Shown here in pieces: positions 9,819 to 18,651 of a stretch of DNA of 64,000 bases (position 1 is its first letter; each line of letters starts with the position of its first letter). The stretch is from IMG/VR virus record IMGVR_UViG_3300027776_000009; one strand, written 5' to 3'. Below the pieces are notes generated by a model that worked only from the letters and a program-made list of their open reading frames with translations, did not search any database and was not told where the DNA came from. The position numbers and the translations under genes were made by a program. Origin of the DNA: a virus (Duplodnaviria; Caudoviricetes).

Positions 9819-10484
9819 TCAGTTAGCCAGAATGGTTTCAATGTTGTCGAGCACCAACTTCGACCAGTTCTCGAACTCCTGTCTTGGGGTTCTGGCTGGC
9901 TCAAGGAGGGTGAGTTCACTGACTTCGTCGGCGTTATTTGGAAGAAAGATATCAGACATCCCCGTGACGCGATAGACAAACCCCAGATGGACTTCACCAA
10001 CGGCGTTACTGTTATCGATCAGAAGACCGGTAAAGTGGGACCTCGGTAACAACGGGGTATCGCCAGTGTTGAGTTCTTCTTGGAGTTCGCGGTACAGACA
10101 GTTGCTCATGATAACCGCTGCGCTCAGCTTATCACCGGTCGCGATATCGCGTGTGTCCGCTGCATCTACATGACCGCCAAAACCCACCGACCGAGCTCCG
10201 CGCAGACGCTCTTCACCGCGTTGCTTGTCCGGTCGGCGATATCCAACAATGTTGCTGAAATCGTCAACAATAACTCCATACGGAATCAGTTGCCAGTAAG
10301 TGGGATCTTTCTCCATCTCGGACCGCTCTTTGATTTCCATGTTCTCCGTGAGGAACTTATCGATTTCAGCACGATGATACGCTGAGACAGGAACGTATCC
10401 CATGGGGTGAGTCGCTTCGAGTCCTAGCGTGATCAGTTTCTGAATCATGCTGTATTTGTCAACCACAACGATGGGTTGTGACAT
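9819..10484 (-). CDS. NUDIX-family hydrolase
   Basis: QLIPY, E.RL....SVGFGGH, RELQEEL Nudix box, VGEVHLG. Confidence 0.8.
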   Translation of the reverse strand: MSQPIVVVDKYSMIQKLITLGLEATHPMGYVPVSAYHRAEIDKFLTENMEIKERSEMEKDPTYWQLIPYGVIVDDFSNIVGYRRPDKQRGEERLRGARSVGFGGHVDAADTRDIATGDKLSAAVIMSNCLYRELQEELNTGDTPLLPRSHFTGLLIDNSNAVGEVHLGFVYRVTGMSDIFLPNNADEVSELTLLEPARTPRQEFENWSKLVLDNIETILAN

Positions 10485-10554
10485 GTTTTCTCTCCTGGGT
10501 TAAAAACTGGCTGCCGTTATTATGTAGGCCATTGAAAAACGACGGAGATCCGCC

Positions 10555-11664
10555 GTGTACGATCTATTTCAAGACACGTTACCCTTGCGTCGTGTCTACC
10601 CGCATTCGCCATTATTCGAAAGAGTTCGTGACCCGCTCCGTCGCGATCTGGAGACCATTGTTAACCACCACCGGCAGAAAGAGGGATGGGTCCAAAACCA
10701 ACATCCCCTCATGAGGTTACTGGGAAGCATCCCGGTTTCCTTCAAACGCGATCCGCAGAACTACGTGGACGCTGTTCGTGATGTGGGATTACGCACCGCA
10801 GGAATGGTAGGGATGACTACCAGCGTTTCCTTTGGACGAATATGGTCACCCGGTCCGTTCTATGGTTCAAAATCCAAAGAGGTCCTCATTGCTCACGGTG
10901 AAGAGTTTGATGTTGATGCGGCTGGAAAAGACTGGAAGAATCTTCAACCTATTCAGGTTATGCGTCACCCGTATTCGGATCTCTCGATAGCTCGACCCGA
11001 TGGACAGTATCTCCCCGGAAGTCTTCCGGGAATATCTGTCATCAGCATCAATGTTCCTATGCTGGCTTTTCAGTATCGATGCTGGTGCGAGGACGCAACG
11101 GTATCTCAATATGACCAGAAAACCTACGTGGCAACCAGTCACTTCATGTACGCATACCCTATCACGAATATGGTATATAGCCATTTAGACGTGGCTTTGT
11201 TTAACCGTATGGCTATCACGTTATTTAGTGATGGTCAGTTGGGTCGATGGGTGAGAGCTCATCCGGTTTACGGGACAGATCGATCCTCCTGGGTGGATAC
11301 CGCGATTACCCAAACCCTAACGGGGGTTAGTCGTGCTTACTTGAGCTTTGATCAGCTTCTGGATAGTTTGCCGCTGATTACCGCGCCTAACCTAAGACAT
11401 CTACTGATGGTTCCAGACACGGCACCCACACGGCAAGTTTCTTGGGCGCTTATCCTAGCACTGCTTCCTTACATCCGTTTCTTGGTTCGAAGTAATCTCG
11501 GTGGGAGGAGCGGTCCTAATACGGCTTACCTCAATCGCATATGGATTTGGTTACGCCGGATTAAAAATGATCGCTTATTGGAAAATCGTTTACCTCCCGA
11601 GATTTATCGAGAGGTGCGAGAGATGATCGAGCGAGAGATAGTGCTTTACATTCCGGGGGCGTAA
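10555..11664 (+). CDS. Conserved chimallivirus virion protein (phiKZ gp52-like)
   Basis: 369 aa on the opposite strand between DNA polymerase and chimallin; TATG upstream at about 10521. Confidence 0.65.
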   Translation: MYDLFQDTLPLRRVYPHSPLFERVRDPLRRDLETIVNHHRQKEGWVQNQHPLMRLLGSIPVSFKRDPQNYVDAVRDVGLRTAGMVGMTTSVSFGRIWSPGPFYGSKSKEVLIAHGEEFDVDAAGKDWKNLQPIQVMRHPYSDLSIARPDGQYLPGSLPGISVISINVPMLAFQYRCWCEDATVSQYDQKTYVATSHFMYAYPITNMVYSHLDVALFNRMAITLFSDGQLGRWVRAHPVYGTDRSSWVDTAITQTLTGVSRAYLSFDQLLDSLPLITAPNLRHLLMVPDTAPTRQVSWALILALLPYIRFLVRSNLGGRSGPNTAYLNRIWIWLRRIKNDRLLENRLPPEIYREVREMIEREIVLYIPGA

Positions 11665-11672
11665 GCCTCCGG

Positions 11673-13826
11673 TTATGCCGCATGACCATAGGTTCGGAAG
11701 GTGTCTGAGATCATGCGGCGATACTTGTCATCCTCGCAATAGAGGCCGAGTGATGCCATCACTAGATAGAAGGGGCGTGTGATCCCCATGGCGGCCTTGC
11801 GATAATGCATGGCGTCACACATCGGAGTCGGCACCCCTCGTGCCTCGATGACTGTCTGCGGGACGTAGAACGTTTCGATGGACGTCTTACCCGACTTGAC
11901 AAGCCACTTACGAAAACGGTCTGCGAGGTCTTTGTCTTGCAAGTCCTCCACCCATTCACGGAGACGCGTTCGGTTCGGAAGTTCGACAGAAACCTTAGTG
12001 GCGTAATAGGGCAGAGGGGGGGCTTCACCGTAGCTTGGACCAAAGACTTCGTTCCAGAACAAATGGTTCTTGTAGAGATTGGCTTCTTCTTCGTCCGCAT
12101 AAGAACTGCTGTCCTTAATCTGTACAGCTCGCATGTACCGAGTTTCTCCTTTCTCCATACTGGTCACAATGTCTTGCTCCAGCTCAACTACCGGTGTCAA
12201 GATTTCTTGTGAACTGAAGCGCTTATTATCCATGATGCCTTCCAAGATCCATCGAATGTACTTGTGCAGTTTCTTGGTGACAATAGGAGGGGCGCTGGAG
12301 TCACGCAAGTGAACACCTTTGATTTCCAGTTCCAGTTCTGGGAGTACGTTTCCTTCCTGGATAGAACGAAGGGCGTAATAGTGTTTAGCCACTGGCGTTA
12401 AGGAATACACCGGGAAGAAGTATTCGTTCTTCATGGAGATACGGTGCATGTGACGCTTGACAATACCCAAATTAGCTGACATGAGTCCCAGTTTGTGTCG
12501 CACTGTTTGAGATGCCAAGAACGTAGTGGCATACGCAGTGCGATACCCTTCAATGCTAAAGTCTTCTGACCCCGTCATCCAATCTGCCCAATACTGATTT
12601 GTAAAGATCGTAGAGTCCGTATCCGAAGTCATCACCACTTCACGAATGATGGTGGGTAGAATCGCAATAGATGTCGGAAGGGTGGTGGGTCTGAAAACCC
12701 CTTTGATGAGTGTTTGGAAATCATCAATGGTGTTGGCGATGTTCTGGATAGTACCACCTAGTAACCCGTAGAGTTCCGGATTTTTGGTTTCCAGATCCTC
12801 CAATTGAATCCCTTGGATTCGATCAGACAGCAGCATCATGGCAAGGGTGAGTGCATCGCCTTTATGTTCCTTGATCAATGCCTCGGTGTTATTCACCGGA
12901 ATCGCAGCGGGTGTGGATAACGCTGATAGGAAGTCTCTAACCACCTGAGGATTGTGTTCCTTCAGGTGATACATGTCGCCAATATACACAAAGGCAGCAC
13001 GCTGCACACCAGTCATCCGGTCCGCATGTTCTCGGAAATGATCCATGTATTTGTCTCCCCGGAAGTAATACCGGGAAGACCTGCGAATACACGCCACGAC
13101 GTCATCCGGCGTGGGGAGATACAGGTTGTACTTGTCGATAGCGGCATGAAGTGCGTCGAAATCCGTGTAGACGGACGCGTTAATCATGCATGCTGTTACT
13201 ACCGCTGGACACCAGAAATGTCGATTCCCCGCCAGAAGCATTTCATTGTTTGCATTGGCATAGCTAGATGAGGTACGGCAGGTGCTGGTTAATGTTGGGT
13301 GTGACGACTTGTTAGCCAACGGTGTTGAGTCGTTTGCATGTGCCCCTGATAGGGAGTTGTTCAGAATCTTGACGGATTCTTGGAGTCCATCGTAATAGTT
13401 GGCGCGGGCGGCATCCTTAGCCATCTTGTACTTGAACTTGAGTTTCTTGAGTGTCCCGCGTCGATCCATATTACCTTGGGCAAACACGGCCAGTAGAGAT
13501 TCCTTCACGTCAGGACTAAGGTATCCTGTCAAGGAGGGTGAAAGAATGATCTTCTTCTCAAGAATCTTGGCGTGGTATTCCCGAAACGGGATGTCTTTCT
13601 TTTCACGGTCTCCGTTCTTACCGCGAACCAACGCACACACGCGACGTTCTTTCAATAGCTGCTGTTGACCGTTCAGACCATAGACACGGTCGTGTACGAA
13701 ACGATGTGCGGTCTCGTAGGGGATGTTTCTGAGTTGATGCAGGTACGTTGCGGATTGTTCGATACTCGCTGAAAGAATATCTACTTTTCGGTCATACGCT
13801 GCGTCGGGGTATATGAAGTGCGACAT
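11673..13826 (-). CDS. Family B DNA polymerase catalytic subunit (split polymerase, phiKZ gp50-like)
   Basis: KILNNSLSG (motif B), SDTDS (motif C), MKNE, KHY, KGV. No exonuclease domain. Start MSHF at 13826 after GAGG. Confidence 0.88.
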   Translation of the reverse strand: MSHFIYPDAAYDRKVDILSASIEQSATYLHQLRNIPYETAHRFVHDRVYGLNGQQQLLKERRVCALVRGKNGDREKKDIPFREYHAKILEKKIILSPSLTGYLSPDVKESLLAVFAQGNMDRRGTLKKLKFKYKMAKDAARANYYDGLQESVKILNNSLSGAHANDSTPLANKSSHPTLTSTCRTSSSYANANNEMLLAGNRHFWCPAVVTACMINASVYTDFDALHAAIDKYNLYLPTPDDVVACIRRSSRYYFRGDKYMDHFREHADRMTGVQRAAFVYIGDMYHLKEHNPQVVRDFLSALSTPAAIPVNNTEALIKEHKGDALTLAMMLLSDRIQGIQLEDLETKNPELYGLLGGTIQNIANTIDDFQTLIKGVFRPTTLPTSIAILPTIIREVVMTSDTDSTIFTNQYWADWMTGSEDFSIEGYRTAYATTFLASQTVRHKLGLMSANLGIVKRHMHRISMKNEYFFPVYSLTPVAKHYYALRSIQEGNVLPELELEIKGVHLRDSSAPPIVTKKLHKYIRWILEGIMDNKRFSSQEILTPVVELEQDIVTSMEKGETRYMRAVQIKDSSSYADEEEANLYKNHLFWNEVFGPSYGEAPPLPYYATKVSVELPNRTRLREWVEDLQDKDLADRFRKWLVKSGKTSIETFYVPQTVIEARGVPTPMCDAMHYRKAAMGITRPFYLVMASLGLYCEDDKYRRMISDTFRTYGHAA

Positions 13827-14124
13827 GATAAAGTCCTCGCTTACATCAGATAACTCAGTCTGTGAAAAAAAAAAGAGACGGCATAAACTCCCCACGGGCG
13901 TGGGGAGAATGGGGAGTTTATACCGGCAGCTTGACGGCGGCGGATCTGTGTAAAAAAGAGCCGGAGTGGATAACGCCGCGGGAGAGGGCACCGCATCACC
14001 ACACCTCCGGCTTAAGCTCGCTCATTTCAAGCGTGGCTGCCTAATGTGACACTTGGAGAATAGCGTCACATATACATACGGCGTATGTTAGAGAGCTGAC
14101 TCCCTCGATGGAGACTATCGCGTT

Positions 14125-14553
14125 TCAGGACGGCTCGTTCCATGAGGGAGTAGTGATGTGAAAGTTACCGATTCCAATCGATAACAGCGCGTTCCGAATC
14201 CGAGGAATGTCACCCAAGGTGATGTTATCCACATGAACGGTACAGGTGGCGGTAGTGACTTCCACGACAGAGTTGGTATCCAGCCATAGCCATCCCAAGG
14301 TATCCACCCGCCCGTCTTCGTATTGGATCTTGATATAGTGATAATCGTTGGATTCCGGTGGGAACGTCGGATCGATAGCGTGGATGGTGGGGTAAATATT
14401 GAGATGCGTGGAGGTAACATCGCGGTAATTCAAGGCAGTATCGCGATCCAAAATCGCTAGCACCTTGACACGATTGAAATTGGTTCCCAGCAAACTGGGC
14501 GCACGGGTGGTAAAGCTGATGACCTTACCGATCAAATCAAACGTCAGGTTCAT
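14125..14553 (-). CDS. Conserved chimallivirus protein (phiKZ gp49-like)
   Basis: Lies upstream of the polymerase; LGT.F..V, H.NIYP motifs. Confidence 0.6.
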   Translation of the reverse strand: MNLTFDLIGKVISFTTRAPSLLGTNFNRVKVLAILDRDTALNYRDVTSTHLNIYPTIHAIDPTFPPESNDYHYIKIQYEDGRVDTLGWLWLDTNSVVEVTTATCTVHVDNITLGDIPRIRNALLSIGIGNFHITTPSWNEPS

Positions 14554-14560
14554 GGTATCC

Positions 14561-14863
14561 TCAGTCAATGTGAATGACAACGGTGCCTAGGGTGTCCACC
14601 ATCCGGAACCGGATAGGGGTGTGTGGGTTGACGGCGCGGGTTAGCACACGCCGTGCTCGCTGAACGAGATAGATGAGACTTTCCCCAACAACGCCTCGGA
14701 GATCACTATTGTCACCACCGGCCAGCAGCAGCAATTCATTAACAATCTCTAGACAGGTCAGTGTAATCCGAATATCGGTTGGAGGAGTTTCTGGGGAATG
14801 CTCATACCGGACAGCATCCAGCAGCTCGATCAGTGTTTCAGATTCGAGGATAATTATTGTCAT
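14561..14863 (-). CDS. Small hypothetical protein, tandem-array member
   Basis: Coupled ORF; start MTIIIL. Confidence 0.55.
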   Translation of the reverse strand: MTIIILESETLIELLDAVRYEHSPETPPTDIRITLTCLEIVNELLLLAGGDNSDLRGVVGESLIYLVQRARRVLTRAVNPHTPIRFRMVDTLGTVVIHID

Positions 14864-15251
14864 CTTGCATGAGCTCCAATATGCTGACGCTCTGTTTGGG
14901 TGATTCAATCCGAGCCATCATAATGTCATCACCAGATAGTCGCTCAAAGCGGTAGTCTAATCGGGTTTCACCAGGCCAGCGATACAAACGGTACTCATGA
15001 AATAGTTCATGGAGCTGTGCCGTGAGTTCTTCCAACCCCACCAAGAAGATGGTTGTAGCGTCTGTATCCCCCAAGTAATTCCGGATGCGATCCAGATCAA
15101 TTCGCGAGGGTGGGCTGGTGCGACACGCAGTGCATGCAACTCCCACATAGTGTTCGAACGATTCGCCGTCAAGATTGTCCAGACTGGTATACAGTTGGTA
15201 GAAACGCTGTATCAATTCCTCGGTTGGGAGGAGATGCGTTACACGACTCAT
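14838..15251 (-). CDS. Small hypothetical protein, tandem-array member
   Basis: GGAG RBS; overlaps its neighbours. Confidence 0.6.
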   Translation of the reverse strand: MSRVTHLLPTEELIQRFYQLYTSLDNLDGESFEHYVGVACTACRTSPPSRIDLDRIRNYLGDTDATTIFLVGLEELTAQLHELFHEYRLYRWPGETRLDYRFERLSGDDIMMARIESPKQSVSILELMQDDNNYPRI

Positions 15252-15624
15252 GGTGGTCTCCATCTACATCATGAAGGGTTACAATGAACGTGTCATCGTA
15301 GAAACCCGATACATTGTAATTAAACTCTGAGTGACCCGAGAGGCTTCGTCGATGCATGGGATCGATCGTTATTGCACGTATCAGTTCATCGACGATGCGG
15401 TACATTTCAGACATCACCTCACAGTCATGATTCTTCGCGGCGTAGGAAATACGCTCACAGAGTAGCTCTTCAACCGCTAAGATATCTGACTCGGGATCCA
15501 GCTTGCGCTTAAACGCGCAGTCTAAGAGTTCCTCAAACTCCAAGTCATTTAGCCGGAGGTTGAGGAAGTTCCCTATTCGACGATGGAGCCAGGCTGGAAT
15601 ATCAATAGAAACAAGCAGGCGCAT
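15169..15624 (-). CDS. Small hypothetical protein, tandem-array member
   Basis: Start MRLLVSID after GGAGAG. Confidence 0.6.
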   Translation of the reverse strand: MRLLVSIDIPAWLHRRIGNFLNLRLNDLEFEELLDCAFKRKLDPESDILAVEELLCERISYAAKNHDCEVMSEMYRIVDELIRAITIDPMHRRSLSGHSEFNYNVSGFYDDTFIVTLHDVDGDHHESCNASPPNRGIDTAFLPTVYQSGQS

Positions 15625-16018
15625 GACTTCTCTCCACGAAGAAACAGACACTGTCTTCATCCAGACTGATGAAACTGTACGCCCAGCGCGGTAACTCTCC
15701 GCTAGGTACCAGATAATCTGTGAAATGATCGGTGAGGCGTACAATAGCCAGTTCTACCTCGTTCCAGAACCAGTTCTGGATACCGCCGACATCCTCCTCC
15801 ATGATCTGATGATCCTCCAAAATCCGGTACGGACCGGCGTGGAACTCAAGTGACAGCATATTGATCAGTTCCTCACTTTCGTAGGAACTGATCAAGGCGT
15901 TTCGGAGAGCTCTAGAGATGAAGACAACAATGTCGTGGGCTTCACCATGAACGTTTAGCAACTCCATGGTCTGGCTAAACCACGATCGATGGTACGGAAG
16001 TGGGAAGTAAACGTACAT
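15602..16018 (-). CDS. Small hypothetical protein, tandem-array member
   Basis: AGGAGG RBS. Confidence 0.6.
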   Translation of the reverse strand: MYVYFPLPYHRSWFSQTMELLNVHGEAHDIVVFISRALRNALISSYESEELINMLSLEFHAGPYRILEDHQIMEEDVGGIQNWFWNEVELAIVRLTDHFTDYLVPSGELPRWAYSFISLDEDSVCFFVERSHAPACFY

Positions 16019-16027
16019 AGCAGCCTC

Positions 16028-16480
16028 CTAAAAAGGTAGGTAATCGTACGTGATAAAGAGTATCAGATCTTCATCCGGAGTGGTATCGATGTCCATCACA
16101 TTGATAGACAGATAGGGGATCTTTATCGTCCCCTCAATCTGATGGAGTTTATCAATCACGGTGTAGAGCTCGTCCTCAAAAGCATCATAGCCAACGGTCA
16201 GTAAACTGATCCATGTATCCATGGCTTCTTCTTCGGATACACTCAGGTTGACCTTCTTGAGGAGCGTGGTAAGCGTTTCTCGGTTGATAGACATGGCGAT
16301 GTCTTCCGGGGTAAGGGCTCGATTTTGCAAATACCCCCGGTTAACTAGCAACATGAGTTCTTCGAAGAAAGCCCTTTCCCCGTGCAGTGTTTCCAGAAAT
16401 CGAATGCCATGGTTTCCCGTGATTCGAAAAAACTTCTCGGCCGATAGATACACGCGAGTGCGTTTACCCTCATTACTCAT
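16028..16480 (-). CDS. Small hypothetical protein, tandem-array member
   Basis: Start MSNEGK after GGAGAG. Confidence 0.6.
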   Translation of the reverse strand: MSNEGKRTRVYLSAEKFFRITGNHGIRFLETLHGERAFFEELMLLVNRGYLQNRALTPEDIAMSINRETLTTLLKKVNLSVSEEEAMDTWISLLTVGYDAFEDELYTVIDKLHQIEGTIKIPYLSINVMDIDTTPDEDLILFITYDYLPF

Positions 16481-16841
16481 GTTTCTCTCCCGTGGAGATG
16501 GGGTATATTTCGATGCGCAACGTTTCACGCGATACAGAAAGCTTCACTGTGGAGGGGTGTTCAGCAATGCGCTCCGCATAGGGTTTCAAGACCGCGTCCA
16601 GTGGAAAGAGAGCGTGACAGATAACAGACCTGGCTCGATCAGGCGCCACTCCCCATGACTGAATCAGTTCTTGTTCTAAGAGCGCCAGTCCGCCTGGTGT
16701 TGTTCCTAATACATATTCCGTGACACGCACCACAATTTCGTGAGCCTCATGACCGCTCCAGGTATTGACGGTGTACCCCAACACGGTCTTGATAGGGTTG
16801 ATCAAGTCATCAATAGCAAGACGCGCAATACAAGGTTTCAT
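16473..16841 (-). CDS. Small hypothetical protein, tandem-array member
   Basis: GAGG RBS; overlaps the next gene. Confidence 0.6.
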   Translation of the reverse strand: MKPCIARLAIDDLINPIKTVLGYTVNTWSGHEAHEIVVRVTEYVLGTTPGGLALLEQELIQSWGVAPDRARSVICHALFPLDAVLKPYAERIAEHPSTVKLSVSRETLRIEIYPISTGEKHE

Positions 16842-16850
16842 GATAAACCT

Positions 16851-17384
16851 CTAGTCGGTAAACCCATCAGTAACTTGGGTGAGGGGGTCGCAGAAGGACT
16901 GAATCACGACAGGGTGCCCGTTAACGGAACGACACTGCCAACCGCTTGGTAGTATCCGCTGTTCTTCTTTGAGTTGTTCGTATTGCAGGATTCGCCAGTC
17001 ATCGATTTTCTCAACCACGACGGTATCATCCTTGAGACTATTAACCGCAACCACATCCCAAGTTTTATTGGGGTATATGGAGTGCGTAGCCAGTCGGACT
17101 TGGCCAAAGACGCGATCCATGACTAATGACCAGTAGCTGTCGGATAACGTATCCATAGCGGCTGGGTGATACCACGGCATCATCGCTTCCGCAACCTTGT
17201 TATAGGAGTGACCTATGGGTGCCCACTGAAGGCGTTCGCTCACGGCGTCATCCAATAGACACCGAATCAATTCCAAAGCCTGTTCCGGTTTGAGGGTCTC
17301 AGTGAGCTGGTGGCGTTGACAAAACGTGAGGGTGGCGTTGACAATCCACTGGACTTCTTCTTGGAACGAAAACATGACGATCAT
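16851..17384 (-). CDS. Hypothetical protein, tandem-array member
   Basis: ATGA overlap with the upstream gene. Confidence 0.6.
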   Translation of the reverse strand: MIVMFSFQEEVQWIVNATLTFCQRHQLTETLKPEQALELIRCLLDDAVSERLQWAPIGHSYNKVAEAMMPWYHPAAMDTLSDSYWSLVMDRVFGQVRLATHSIYPNKTWDVVAVNSLKDDTVVVEKIDDWRILQYEQLKEEQRILPSGWQCRSVNGHPVVIQSFCDPLTQVTDGFTD

Positions 17385-17716
17385 GGATGACTCCCTCTGC
17401 CTAATACTATCCGGTAGTCCCCACCACAGTGCTTCACGTCCTTGAGTGAGAGGTCGGCCGTGTTGTAATGGCTATACATGGACAGCTCTTGGTATGTACG
17501 GACAACGCGTTCAAGTTGTCGATAGAAAAATGGGTTGACCTGAGCGTGGTGCGTATGCTGGCTGATCTCTTTCCAGAACCGGGGTTCTACGGGTAGTATG
17601 AACACGCGGTGACACGCGAGCCCTAGGTGAGCCAAGGTGGCACACGTCGGTATGTCGTTCTGTTCAAAGAGGGGTTCGAGTTCGAGACCGTCCATGAGTA
17701 GGACAAGATCGCGCAT
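17381..17716 (-). CDS. Small hypothetical protein, first of the tandem array
   Basis: GAGGA RBS; promoter-like motifs at 17741-17810. Confidence 0.6.
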   Translation of the reverse strand: MRDLVLLMDGLELEPLFEQNDIPTCATLAHLGLACHRVFILPVEPRFWKEISQHTHHAQVNPFFYRQLERVVRTYQELSMYSHYNTADLSLKDVKHCGGDYRIVLGRGSHP

Positions 17717-17827
17717 TGGAGTATCCTCAATGGATGTATTCTGAAAAGTAGTATATATGCCACGCTCCGTGGCCTTTATGCTATAGGATGTCCTTATCTG
17801 TTATTTTCGACGGCGGGGTTTCTACGC

Positions 17828-18634
17828 ATGAATCCGATCACGTACGCCCTCAATCAAGTCCATTTTCGGATCCCTGATGAGGTTCTGAAAGAGACTTTTG
17901 TCTCTCGACAGTTTAACTTTCAATTCCGCTCAACCCCTGCAACCGTAGATGCTCGTATTCGTGACTTGGTTCTGAATGCACGAGTGATGGTGGATTGTAA
18001 TTTGTTTGGTGGGGTGGAAACAACGATCCCGTTGATCCGTGCTTCTTACGAATACATTGACCCGTATCAGGTGATCTATACGGTCCCAAAAACCTTGACA
18101 CAGGGGCGATCTATTACACGGGCTTTGTCCGTGTCTTTCGGTGATGGTGCCATGGCGGGCATCACGAATCTGGTACCCTCCTATGGGAACAATTTGCTGG
18201 ATGCTGCGCAGGGATTGCTGCAGTCGCACCAACCCATCCCAATGGTTTCTACTGCCAACTGCATATTGGTTGGTGAGAATCAGGTGTTGATCCAGGATAA
18301 CTTCACGTTACCACCCAACATCTATCTTCGCTGCTGGTTGGAAAATGACGCCATGATGTCGCATATCCAACCCACCAGTTATCCGGCGTTTGCTGAGCTG
18401 GTTGTATTGGCGGTTAAGGCCTATATCTACATGAATCTTCAAATCCCGATGGATAAGGGAGTTATTCATGCGGGTGCTGATCTTGGGCGTTTCCGTGAAG
18501 TGGTGGATGGGTACAGCGATGCGGATGAACAGTATCGTGACCATCTGAAGAAGGTGTGGCGCAAGGTGGCCTACCTGAATGATTTCCAAGCGCATCGTCG
18601 CCACATCCAGCGTTTGCTGGGTGGTCCTAATTAA
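17828..18634 (+). CDS. Conserved chimallivirus virion protein (phiKZ gp42-like)
   Basis: MNPI.YAL....F.IP..L, LAVKAYIY, G..LG.F....DGY.DA...Y; diverges from the small-gene array. Confidence 0.7.
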   Translation: MNPITYALNQVHFRIPDEVLKETFVSRQFNFQFRSTPATVDARIRDLVLNARVMVDCNLFGGVETTIPLIRASYEYIDPYQVIYTVPKTLTQGRSITRALSVSFGDGAMAGITNLVPSYGNNLLDAAQGLLQSHQPIPMVSTANCILVGENQVLIQDNFTLPPNIYLRCWLENDAMMSHIQPTSYPAFAELVVLAVKAYIYMNLQIPMDKGVIHAGADLGRFREVVDGYSDADEQYRDHLKKVWRKVAYLNDFQAHRRHIQRLLGGPN

Positions 18635-18651
18635 CTTATTGTTGAGGTCTG

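Noticed and set aside
13827-13991. N-terminal extension of the polymerase in the ORF track
   Set aside because: It crosses a terminator and T-tract; the RBS supports ATG 13826.
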